Assembly: GCF_009914755.1 (NCBI RefSeq)
Contig: NC_060931.1
Origin: the human T2T-CHM13v2.0 reference genome, Homo sapiens
Direction: 5' to 3' (one strand)
Length of the DNA: 64,000 bases
The notes beneath the pieces were generated by a model. That model did not search any database. It worked only from the letters and a program-made list of their open reading frames with translations, and was not told where the DNA came from. Positions 40,896 through 55,560 of the stretch are shown here, piece after piece. Position numbers and translations under genes: made by a program. How positions within the stretch are numbered: position 1 is the stretch's first letter; each line of letters begins with the position of its first letter.

Positions 40896-41572
40896 GGCCG
40901 AGTGAGGTGGCTCATGCCTGTAGTCCCAGGACTTTGGGAGGCCGAGGTGGGTGGATCATTTGAGGTCAAGAGTTTGGAACCAGCCAGGCCAACATGGTAA
41001 AACCCTGTCTCTATGAAAAATACAAAAAAATTAGCTGGGCATGGTGGTGCGTGCCTGTAATCCTAGCTACTCAGGAGGGTGAGGCAGGAGCATTGCTTGA
41101 ACCCAGGTGGTGGAGCTTGCAGTGAGCTGAGATCGCGCCATTGCACTCCAGCCTGGGTGACAGAGGGAGACTCCGTCTCAAAAAAAAAAAAAAAAAAAAG
41201 AAAGAAAAAAAGAAAAAGAAAAAGAAACTTCCTCTTATCCAGAGATGGTGGCGCATACCTGTAGTCCCAGCTACTCAGGAGGCTGAGGCAGGAGAATCAT
41301 TGAACCTGTGAGGCAGAGGTTGCAGTGAGCTGAGATTGTGCCACTGCACTCCAGCCTGGGTGACAGAGCGAGACTCCATCTCAAAAAATAATTTTTTTTT
41401 TAAACATTAGGCATGGCAGTGTATACCTGTAGTCCCAGCTACTCGAGAGGCTTAGGTGGGAGGATCCCTTGAGCCCAGGAAGTTAAGACTGCATGAAACT
41501 ATGTTTGTGCAATGTGTTACTTCAGCCTGAGTAACAGAGCAAGACCTTGTCTCAAAAAAAAAAAAAAAAAAT
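40896..41572 (+). mobile_element. Alu cluster (full AluS plus two right-arm fragments)
   Basis: Consecutive Alu arms with A tails. Confidence 0.85.
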
Positions 41573-42480
41573 CCATAGGAAATAAATGACAAAACTCTGA
41601 TGACTGAAATCAAAGAAGAACTAACTAAATGGAGAGACAGGATTGATGCTACCATCTTCAAGTATTACTATAAATCTATAGTAGTAGCAGTGTAGTACTG
41701 GTAAATGAAAAGATAAATTAGTGCAACAGAAGAGAGCCCAGAAATAGACCCAAATAAATACAACTGACTGAACTTTGACAAAGGAGCACAGGCAATACAG
41801 TACGATGGATGAACGATAGTCTTTACAACAAATGGTGCTGGAACAACTAGACATCCACATGCAAAAAGTGAATCTAGACACAGATCTTATACCCCTCAAA
41901 AAATTAACTCAAAATGGATCATAGACCTAAATGTAAAATGCAAAACAATAAAACTCCTAGAAGATAACACAGGAGAAAACCTAGATGACCTTATGTATGG
42001 TGATGACCCAACACAGGCATAATCCATAAAAGAAATCGTTTATAAATTGGACTTCATTAAAATTTAAAACTTCTGCTCTGTGAAGGACAATATCTAGAGA
42101 AAGAGAAGACAAGGCACAGAGTAGGAGAAGATATTTGTAACAGACACATCTGATATAGGACTGTTATCCAAAATATACAAAAAACTCTGAAAACTTAACA
42201 ATAAGAACACAAACAATCCAAATAAAAAATGAGCTAAAGATCTTAACAGGCCCCACACCAAAGAAGATATACAGATGGCAAACAAACATATGAAAAGATG
42301 CTCCACATTATATGTTCAGGAAAACACAAATAAAAACAACGATGTTATACCACTGCACACCAACTAGAATGGCCAGTCTGGAACACTGACAACACCAAAT
42401 GCTGGCAAGGAAGTGAGCAACAGGAACTCTCCTTCACTGCTGGTGGAAATGCAAAATGGTGCAGCCACTGTAGAGAACAG

Positions 42481-43399
42481 TTTCCTCCTCCTCCTCCTCC
42501 TTCTTTTTCCTTCTTCTCCTCCTCCTCCTTCTCCTCCTTCTTCTTCCTTCTCCTCCTCCTTCTCCTCCTCCTCCTTCTCCTTCTTCTTCCTTCTTCTCCT
42601 CCTCTTCCTCCTCCTCCTTCTCCTACTCCTCCTCCTTCTTCTTCTTCCTCCTCCTCCTTCTTCTTCCTTCTTCTCCTCCTCCTCCTTCTCCTCCTTCTTC
42701 TTCCTTCTTCTTCTCCTCCTCCTTCTTCTTCCTTCTCCTCCTCCTGCTTCTCCTCTTTCTTCTTCCTTCTTCTCCTCTTCCTCCTTCTTCTTCCTTCTCC
42801 TCCTCCTCTTCCTTCTTCTTCCTTCTTCTCCTCCTCCTTCTCTTCCTCCTTCTCCTACTCCTCCTCCTTCTTCTTCCTTCTCCTCCTCCTCCTTCTCCTC
42901 CTTCTTCTTCCTTCTTCTTCTCCTCTTCCTCCTTATTCTTCCTTCTCCTCCTCCTTCTTCTTCCTTCTTCTCCTCCTCTTCCTCCTCCTCCTCCTTCTTC
43001 CTTCTTCTCCTCCTCTTCCTCCTCCTTCTTCTTCCTTCTCCTCCTCCTTCTTCTTCCTTCTTCTCCTCCTCCTCCTTCTTCTTCCTTCTCCTCCTCCTCC
43101 TTTCTTCTTCTCCTCCTCCTTCTCCTCCTCCTTCTCCTCCTCCTTCTCCTCCTGCTCCTTCTCCTCCTTCTCCTCCTCCTCCTCCTGCTCCTTCTCCTCC
43201 TCCTCCTCCTCCTGCTCCTTCTCCTCCTCCTCCTTCTTCTTCCTTCTTCTTCTCCTCCTCCTCCTTCCTCCTCCTTCTCCTCCTCCTTCTCCTCCTCCTC
43301 CTTCTCCTCCTCCTTCTCCTCCTGCTCCTTCTCCTCCTTCTCCTTCTTCTTCCTTCTTCTCCTCCTCCTCCTTCTCCTCCTCCTCCTTCTTTTTTTTTT
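42481..43399. repeat. About 0.9 kb of (CCT/CTT)n polypyrimidine-polypurine sequence
   Basis: Almost purine-free on the plus strand. Confidence 0.97.
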
Positions 43400-43888
43400 A
43401 AAGGTCACTCTCTCACCAAGGCTGGAGTGCAGTGGCACTCCACTCAATATCATCATAGCTCACTGCAGCCTCAACCTTTTTACTGGGCTCAAGCAATCCT
43501 CCCAACTCAATCTCCTGAGTAGCTGAAACTACAGGCATGCCCCACCATGCCTGGCTAATTTTTAAATCTTCTGCAGAGACAGGGTCTTACTATGTTGCCC
43601 AGGGTTTCTTACTCCTGGCCTCAAGTGATCTTCCTGCTTCCTTAAGCCTCTGAAATTGCTGGGATTACAGTCGCGAGATACCATGTTTGGCCCAGTCGGT
43701 GGTTTCTTACCAAATTAAATATATTCTTTTGTTTTTTTTCTAGACAGGGTATTGGTCTGTTGCCCAGGCTGGAGTGCAGTGGCACAAACATAGCTCACTG
43801 CAGCCTCAGCCTCCTGGGCTCAAGTGATCCTCCCACATCAGCTTCCCAAAGTTCTGGGATTACAGGTGTGAGCCACCATACCCAGCTC
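43390..43888 (-). mobile_element. Two reverse Alus (AluJ-like 43390-43695; internally deleted copy 43728-43888)
   Basis: Reverse Alu sequence. The second copy is flanked by AAATATATTCTT and AAATATACTCTT. Confidence 0.8.
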
Positions 43889-44537
43889 AAAATATACTCT
43901 TATCATATTATCCAACAATTGTGCTCCTTAGTATTTAACCAAAAGAGTTGAAAACTATGTCCATACAGAAAACTTGCACAGGGATGTTTATAGCAGCTTT
44001 ATTTGTAATTGCTCAAACTTGGAAGCAAATGAGCTGCCCTTTAGCAAGTGAGGTAGATAAGTAAACTGTGGCACATTCAGACAATGGAATATGATTCAGA
44101 ACTAAAAAGAAATGAGCTATCAAGCTATGAAAAGACATGGAGGAGCTGTAAATGCATACTGCTAAGTGAAAGAAGCCAATCTGAAAAGGCCGTATACTGT
44201 GTGATTCCAACTATATGACATTTTGGAGAAGGCAAAACTATAAAGACAATGAAAAGATCACACACACGATACACGGCCACACACTCACGCACATGAGCAC
44301 AGACGCACGCACACATACACAGGCAGATGTATTTGGCCCATGAAGACAGAGAGCTTCCCCGTCACTGCCGCGCAAACCGCCTCGTACATAGTAGGTGCGT
44401 GTTTCAATGTTGCTGAATGAATCAAGAGCGCTAAACAGTATTTTGGTTGTATTTTATATTTTGAGAAAGTCAATGAGATGCTTCACAGGTTTACGTTCTC
44501 AAAGCAAGGGAATATGAGCGGAGAACAAAAACTTCCT

Positions 44538-44822
44538 AGCCAAGCACAGTGGCACATGCCTGTAATTTCAGCACTTTGGGAGGCCAAGACAGGAGGTTGC
44601 TTGAGCCCAGGAGTTTGAGACCAGCCTGCACACATAGTGAAACACCCATCTCTACAAAAAATAAAAAAATTAGCCAGGCATGGTGGCGTGCACCTGCGGT
44701 CCCAACTACTTGGGAGGCTGAGGTGGGAGGATGACTGGAGCCCAGGAGCGAGCTGGAATTGTGCCACTGCTTTCCAACCTGGGCGATAGAGGGACACCTT
44801 GTCTCAAAACAACAACAAAATA
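44538..44822 (+). mobile_element. Alu (AluJ-like)
   Basis: Alu dimer. Confidence 0.85.
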
Positions 44823-45098
44823 ACAGTTCCCCAAAGCTGTTTCCTACACCTGAGCAGAAGGAATGAAAAGCCTTTACGTAGCTGTTCTGCCTTACAAAAC
44901 ATACTTTGTTAGCAACTGACGCTAGTATTTACATATTCAGAGAATTATGATGAGACGCATCCAGCGCACTATCTCTGGGCAAATTTTTGGAAGAATTATT
45001 GCATAATAAGTGATCCAAGAAGCTTATGCTATTATGTTTTAAGTTAAAATATTCACCTAGAGATGGACATGGTAATGCACAACTAGAGTTCAGCCACG

Positions 45099-45904
45099 CT
45101 TCCTTTCGGCCGGAACCGCCATCTTCCGTCATTGGCCCAAATGACCAACAGGAGGGGAAAGGGGAGAGGCTCCCGATGGATGTTCTCTGGCGGCCTTTTA
45201 GAAAACGTGGAGTTGTTCCTTTGGCCACGTATATGCGAGTCTATAAGAAAGGTGATACTGTGGACATCAAGGGAATAGATATTGTTCAAAAAGGAAGCTC
45301 CGCAGGTGTGACCGCGGCAAAGCTGGGAGTCGACCGCGTTCTCCAGCGTGCTGTTGCAAACAGACAAGGGCAAGATTCCTGCCGAGAGAATTATGTGCGT
45401 ATGGAGCACACGGAGCACTCTAAGTGGCTTCCTGAAATGTGTGGAGGAAAATGATCAGAAAAAGAAAGAAGCCGCAGAGAAAGGTACCTGCTTCAACTAA
45501 AGCTGCAGCCTGCTCCACCCAGAAAAGCTCACGGTGCGAGAACCAAGGGGAAGGAACCTGAGCTGCTGGAAGCTATTCCCTGTGAATTCATGACATCATA
45601 GGTGTTCAAATAAAATAAAATAAAAGACCTCTGCAACGTAAAAATGTTTGTCTTCATTGAGTAGAAGTGTGGCGTCCTCTCCCCGACAGAAATATTTAAA
45701 CCACATTTTAATCGTGTCCTAATTACGTAACATTTTTACTACTCAAATTTAATAGATTAAAATCGACTCGAAAGTTGTAAGGTGGCTTATTGTGCAACAA
45801 ATTACTCAATTGGTTAGAAAACGGCCAGATATTATTTATGAAACATTTGTACTGGTTTGAAGACAGTGCCTCTAAATCATTACGGAAGGAATTAAATAAT
45901 TTAC
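45099..45904 (+). pseudogene. RPL21P76: Processed pseudogene of ribosomal protein L21 (eL21)
   Basis: 5' TOP-like CTTCCTTTCGGCCGGAACCGCCATCTTCC and ATG at 45141. Intronless, frameshifted RPL21 coding remnant (RPFRKRGVVPLATYMRVYKKGDTVDIKG; ENDQKKKEA; [15 protein letters not shown]) followed by 3' UTR. The RPL21 origin is secure, but the pseudogene number is from memory. Confidence 0.92.
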
Positions 45905-47802
45905 TCTCTCTCTCTCTCTATATATATAACTATATATATAACTATATATAACTATATATAACTATATATGTAACTAAACTATATATAACTATATATAACT
46001 ATATATAACTAAACTATATATAACTATATATAACTATATATATAACTAAACTATATATAGCTATATATATAACTATATATAACTATATATAAAACTATAT
46101 ATAACTATATATAACTAAACTATATATAATTATATATAACTATATATAACTATATATATAACTAAACTATATATAACTATATATATAACTATATATGTAA
46201 CTATATATATAACTAAACTATATATAACTATATATAACTAAACTATATATAACTATATATAACTATATATTACTATATATAAGTAAACTATATATAACTA
46301 TATATAACTGTATATAACTATATATAACTATATATATAACTAAACTATATATAACTGTATATAACTATATATAACTATATATAAACTATATATAACTATA
46401 TATAACTATATATAACTATATATAACTATATATAACTATATATAAAACAAAACTATATATAACTATATATAACTAAACTATATATAACTATATATAACTA
46501 TATATAACTATATATAACTAAACTATATATAACTATATTTAACTATATATAACTATATATAACTAAACTATATATATCTGTATTTAACTATATATAACTA
46601 TATATATAACTAAACTATATATAACTATATATAACTATATGTATAACTAAACTATATATAACTGTATATAACTATATATATAACTAAACTATATATAACT
46701 ATATATAACTATATATAACTATATATATAACTAAACTATATATAACTATATATAACTATATATAACTATATATATAACTAAACTATATATAACTATATAT
46801 ATAACTATATATAACTAAACTATATATAACTATATATAACTAAACTATATATAACTATATATAACTATATATAACTATATGTATAACTAAACTATATATA
46901 AATATATGTATAACTATATATATAACTATATATAATTATATATATAACTATATATAGCTATATATAACTATATATAACTAAACTATATATAACTATATAT
47001 ATAACTATATATAACTATATATATACTTAAACTATATATAACTATATATATAACTATATATAACTATATAAACTATATATAACTATATATATAACTATAT
47101 ATAACTATATATAACTATATATATAACTAAAGTATATATAACTATATATAACTATATATAACTAAACTATATATAACTATATATAACTATATATACAACT
47201 AAACTATATATAACTATATATATAACTAAACTATATATAACTATATATATAACTATATATAACTATATATATAACTATATATAACTAAACTATATATAAC
47301 TATATATAACTAAACTATATATAACTATATATAACTATATGTATAACTAAACTATATATAACTATATGTATAACTATATATATAACTATATATAATTATA
47401 TATATAACTATATATAACTATATATAATTATATATATAACTATATATAACTATATATAACTAAACTATATATAACTATATATATAACTATATATAACTAT
47501 ATATATAACTATATATAACTATATATATAACTATATATAACTATATATATAACTAAAGTATATATAACTATATATAACTATATATAACTAAACTATATAT
47601 AACTATATATAACTATATATATAACTAAACTATATATAACTATATATATAACTAAACTATATATAACTATATATAACTATATATAACTATATGTATAACT
47701 AAACTCTATATAACTATATATAACTATATATATAACTAAACTATATACAACTATATATAACTATATATGTAACTATATATATAACTATATATATATATAG
47801 TT
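45905..47802. repeat. (TC)n followed by about 1.9 kb of AT-rich minisatellite (AACTATATAT with AACTA and TA-length variants)
   Basis: Directly visible. Confidence 0.97.
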
Positions 47803-47890
47803 CCAGCTACTTGGGAGGCTGAGATGGGAGGACGCTTGAGCCCAGAAGCTTGAGGCTGTAGTGAATTATGATCATGCCTGTGAATATCCA
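47798..47890 (+). mobile_element. Alu right-arm fragment
   Basis: TAGTTCCAGCTACTTGGGAGGCTGAGATGGGAGGA. Confidence 0.8.
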
Positions 47891-48337
47891 TCACATCTCT
47901 TAAAAAAAATCATAAATAAAAAGCTTTCACCTTTCAACTCAGGGTCGAAGAAGCTTGGAGAATCATGGACAAGTGGAAGTGAATCTTGAGCCAAACAAAG
48001 AGGTTGTTTAATAGTAAGCATTGTCAGAAAGGTTACAGAGAAGCAAAGCACCCATCCACTGATGGGGCTGCCTGCAGGGAACAGAGGGCCTGAGAGCCGT
48101 ACCTTTAGTTTGTTTAACTAGAGAAATGGTCATCAACAGCTCTCTTTCAGAGTAGAGTCTCTTTTCAGTGTAGAGACTGGAATTGAACTTTGTAGGCCCT
48201 GACTGTGTCTGTGTGGGCCACAGCCATCCTATGCACTTCTCTGTAAGTCTGAGTTAGCCCCGAGGCAGCATCGTCATCCAGAACCCAGGCCAGTGCTCCC
48301 CACTCAGGTTAGACTTAGACTCTAGGAAGCTGTGAGC

Positions 48338-48820
48338 ATGTGCTGTGTGCATGTGTGTGGACTGTGTCGCGTGTTATACTGTTGTATGTGTGTTGTGTTG
48401 TGTGTCCTGTTATCATTGTTTTGTATGTATATTTTGTGTTGTGTTGTATTGTGTTGTGTTGTCTGAGTGTGTGTAGTATGTCTTGTGTGTTGTGTATATA
48501 TTGTATGATGTATTGTTTTGTGTATTTGTGTGGTAGTGTGGTGTTATATGCTGTTTTATGAATGTGTGGTATGTGAATTGTATATTGTGTGTATGTTGTG
48601 TGTATATTGTCTGTTGTGCAAGTGTGTGGTGTGTTCTTGGTTGTCCATGTAAATGTGTGTGATGTGTATTTTGTTGTGTGTATTGTTTTGTGTGTATTGT
48701 GCGTTATGCATGCATGGTGTGTATATATTGTTTGTGTTCTGTGTTGTATCTGTATGAATACGTGTGGTATGTGTTGTGTGCATATTGTGTGTTGTCCATG
48801 TGTGTGGTGTGTGTGTGATG
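48338..48820. repeat. Degenerate (TG)n / TGT-rich low-complexity tract
   Basis: Directly visible. Confidence 0.9.
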
Positions 48821-49696
48821 GTTCTCACGAGAGACTGGGAACTGAGACCAGCCTCTGCTGTGTCTGATCCAAGTGAGGTTCAGACGCCGGTCCCTATCCC
48901 TGTTGCAGAAAAGCCTGTGAACACTGGCATGGGGCTGCGGCGTCGCCAGCCTGGTCTGCGGTGCCCTCATGGTTATGGAAATGGAAGGAGCCAGGCCTGA
49001 ACGGGGGTGCCGTCCACTGGTGAACTGCGGAGCCCAAGTGTTCATGCTGGGTGCAGGTGAGGCCTCTGCTGTGAGCCTAGAAGTCCTTCCTGCCTACAGG
49101 CCTGGGCTCGCAGGCCGAAGACACGGATGCAGCTGTGGTCATGGGTGTGGACTTGGAGGTGGGCTGGCTGTGAAGCCTGATTTGGGCCTCATCTGGTATC
49201 AATTCTTTCTGTATTAAGCTTCACTTACACCCAAGTCGTCAGTCAAACCTTGTTAAAAGGCACCATGTTGCCTCTCACAATGTTGAATAAAAGCAGCCAG
49301 ACACAGGAGAACCCACTGAACGCTTCCACTTCCATCAAGCTCAGAATCTGAAAAAACACATCTGCAGGGCGAGGCGTCAGGAGCGGAGTGATCCCTGGTA
49401 GGGTGAGGGCAGAACCAGCAGGGGCACAAGAGGGTGCCTGGGGCTCTGACGTTGCTATTTCTTCTGACGGTGCTGGTTACACAGGTGTGTTCAGCTTGGA
49501 AATTCATCAAGGCAGTGAAATAGGATTTGTGCACATTTCTGTCTGCACCTATGCTACCATGAATAAAAGAAGAAACTGCATGGCCTCATTGTACTGTGGA
49601 GAATGAAGGAGGCCCCAAAAGGCCAAGTGGAGCCCTGGGGGACTTCACTGGGGATACACAGGCCCAACAGACGCATGACCTCAAAAAGGTGGGGGT

Positions 49697-50005
<309 letters not shown>

Positions 50006-50249
50006 AGGCAGGGGAGTAGAGGGCCTTGTTCTTGGACAAATGAGTAGCAAATGCTAGAAGATACTGAATAGCCAGGTATGTGGGGAAGGAATCTGGAGTT
50101 GGAGAGGGGAGAGGCACCTCTGACAGTTAGGTTGGTGGAAGGTTCATGCCTTAATGATTTGGGGATTTGAGTATAAGAGAAAGTGTAACACTATTGTTGT
50201 CCTAACCTAGTGGACAAGGAGGGGAGGGTGCCACATTCTGATAGAAGTT

Positions 50250-50410
50250 GAGGACAGAGAGTGGACGTGGTGGCTGATGATCGTGCAAAGCCGAGGACAG
50301 AGAGTGGACGTGGTGGCTGATGATCGTGCAAAGCCGAGGACAGAGAGTGGACGTGGTGGCTGACGATCATGCAAAGCTGAGGACAGAGAGTGGACGTGGT
50401 GGCTGATGAT
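50250..50410. repeat. 43-bp minisatellite, about 3.7 copies
   Basis: GAGGACAGAGAGTGGACGTGGTGGCTGATGATCGTGCAAAGCC at 50250, 50293, 50336 and 50379. Confidence 0.93.
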
Positions 50411-50734
50411 GGTCCAATGCGATGGGCCAGTGCTGTCCTAAGTGCTTTCCAGGGATGACCTCACTTCATCCTCAGTTCTGCCTTTGAGGTAAGGACTACA
50501 GCGATTCCTGCTCTGCAGAGGGGGAAATGGAGGCAGAGAAGTTACTTGACTTGCTCCAGGTCCCGTGGGACGGAAGTGGGGCTTGAACCTGGGGGTTCTG
50601 ACTCCAGAGCCATGCTCTACCCCACTGGGCCTCCCTGTTTCCCAGACTTGAGGTCCTGCAAAATGGAAACGTAGACCCTCTAGAGAGGTGTTTCTGTTTA
50701 GGGCCTGACATGTACGCAAAGACAAAAAAGTGAC

Positions 50735-52460
<1,726 letters not shown>

Positions 52461-52524
52461 TTCCAATAGCTATTGGCATTACCATATACGACACAGACAT
52501 TTCTACATCCAAATATTTTCCAGA

Positions 52525-53480
<956 letters not shown>

Positions 53481-53825
53481 CTTTGCAGAGTATTATTATT
53501 GGGATTTCCAGGTAGGCAATCTTGTATCTGAAAATGACTATCTCTTTGTAAAAATTTCCAGATAATCTTTTTTCTTTGTATTATATTGCCCAGGAAGTTG
53601 AGAATAACAGTAAATAGTTAAAGGCAGACTTCCTGGGTGTTTCCAACTTTCATGTCTCAACTGTTTCTCAGATGAGGAGGCCCTTGGCTTTTTCTCTCAA
53701 TAGTATCCATCACGCTTAGCAGTATCTTCTCCTTAGTCGTCACTAACAACCGTTAGTAGGTATATATCTTTTTTTGAATGGAAACTTGTTAGACGAGATG
53801 AATTATATTTTGGTCTGCCAAACGT

Positions 53826-54415
53826 ATTTATTTCTTGAGACAGGGTCTTGCTGTCTCACCCAGCCTGGAGTGCGGCAACGCAATCATGGCTCACTGCATC
53901 CTCGACGTCCTGGCTCCAGTGATCCTTCTTCTGCTCAGCCTCCCGAGTGGCTGGGACCATAGGCATGCGCCACCACGCCTGGCTAATTTTTGTATTTTTG
54001 GTAGAGACAGTGTTTTGCCATGTTGCCCAGGCTGCTCTTGAACTCCTGAGCTCAAGTGAACCACCTGCTTTGGCCTCCCAAAGTGCTGGGATTACAGGTG
54101 TGAGCCGTCTGCCAAACTTTATACATTTATTCAACAGATAATTGGTTTACCATGTGTCTGGAACAGTGATAGGCGACCAGTGAGTTTTAAATAAAACTCA
54201 CATAATCTCTGCCCTTGAAAGTTTACAGTCCATGTAGGAAAGTTTTAAATAAAACTAAATTGTAATTACGTTAAATTTGGTGAATCAAAGTAACACAGGC
54301 CGGGATGGTGGCGTAGGCCTGTAATCCCAATACTTTGGGAGGCTGAGGTGGGGGGGATCCCTTGATCCCCCTACTGCACTCCAGCCTGGGCAACAGAGTA
54401 AGAACCTGTCTCAAA

Positions 54416-54432
<17 letters not shown>
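53826..54432. mobile_element. Reverse AluJ (53826-54115) and internally deleted forward Alu (54298-54432)
   Basis: Alu sequence. Confidence 0.8.
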
Positions 54433-54446
<14 letters not shown>

Positions 54447-54545
54447 CACATGATGCTAAGAAAACTCACAGGACACCGAGATCAGCTTTCAACTGAGAAG
54501 TTACGGGGAGTGGATGTGAGCTGGGCCAGTCATGGTAAGAGCCCG

Positions 54546-55560
54546 CGTGGAGGTGCTGGGGAGAGGAGAGGAGAGGAGCAAGTGTGGAGGTGGGTGGGGC
54601 AGGAGCAGGTGTGGATGTGCTGGAGGGGAGGGGCAGACGTGGAGGTGCTGGGGGGAGGAGCAAGCATGGAGGTGGGGAGGTTGGAGCAAGTGTGGAGGTG
54701 GGGGGATTGGAGCAAATGTGGATGTGCTGCGGGGGAAGAGCAAGCGTGGAGGTGGGGGGGGAGGAGCAAATGTGGAGGTGCTGGGGGGAGAAGCAAGCGT
54801 GGAGGTGGGGGGAGGAGCAAATGTGGAGGTGCTGGGGGGAGGAGCAGGTGTGGAGATAGTGGGGGAAGAGCAAGCATGGAGGTGTTGGGAGAAGCAAGTG
54901 TGGATGTGCAAGCGTGGAGGTGGGGGGCTTGGCGCAAGCGTGGAGGTGCTGGGGGGAGGAGCAAGGTGGAGGTTGGGACTGGAGCAAATGTGGAGGTGCT
55001 GGGGGGAGGAGCAGGTGTGGAGATAGTGGGGGAGGAGCAAGCGTGGAGGTGCTGGGGGGAGGAGCAGGTGTGGAGGTGCTGGGGAGAGGGGCAAGTGAGG
55101 ATGTGCTGGCGGGGAGGAGCAAGTGTGGAGGTGGGGGGGTTGGAGCAGGTATGGAGGTGCTGGGGAGAGGGGCAAGTGTGGAGGTGCTGGGGGGGAGGAG
55201 CAAGTGTGGAGGTGCTGGGGGGGAGGAGCAAGTGTGGAGGTGCTGGGGAGAGGGGCAAGTGTGGAGGTGCTGGGGGGGAGGAGCAAGTGTGGAGGTGCTG
55301 GGGGGGAGGAGCAAGTGTGGAGGTGCTGGGGAGAGGGGCAAGTGTGGAGGTGCTGGGGGGGAGGAGCAAGTGTGGAGGTGCTGGGGGGGAGGAGCAAGTG
55401 TGGAGGTGCTGGGGGGGAGGAGCAAGTGTGGAGGTGCTGGGGGGGGAGGAGCAAGTGTGGAGGTGCTGGGGGGGAGGAGCAAGTGTGGATGTGCTCGGGG
55501 GAGCAGTGTGGAGATGTTGGGGAGTTCCGAGCAGGTGTGGAGGTGCTTGCGGGGAGGAGC
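54546..55560. repeat. G-rich minisatellite, 27-28-bp unit, about 1 kb
   Basis: CAAGTGTGGAGGTGCTGGGGGGGAGGAG with period 28 at 55201 and 55229. Confidence 0.96.

Noticed and set aside
42413-43522. 369-aa and 277-aa ORFs rich in S/P/L/F or R/E/K
   Set aside because: They are translations of the CCT/CTT tract, which has almost no stop codons, and the flanks are L1 and Alu.
45026-45454. 142-aa ORF containing an RPL21 peptide
   Set aside because: Only part is in the RPL21 frame. Frameshifts and deletions show it is a pseudogene.
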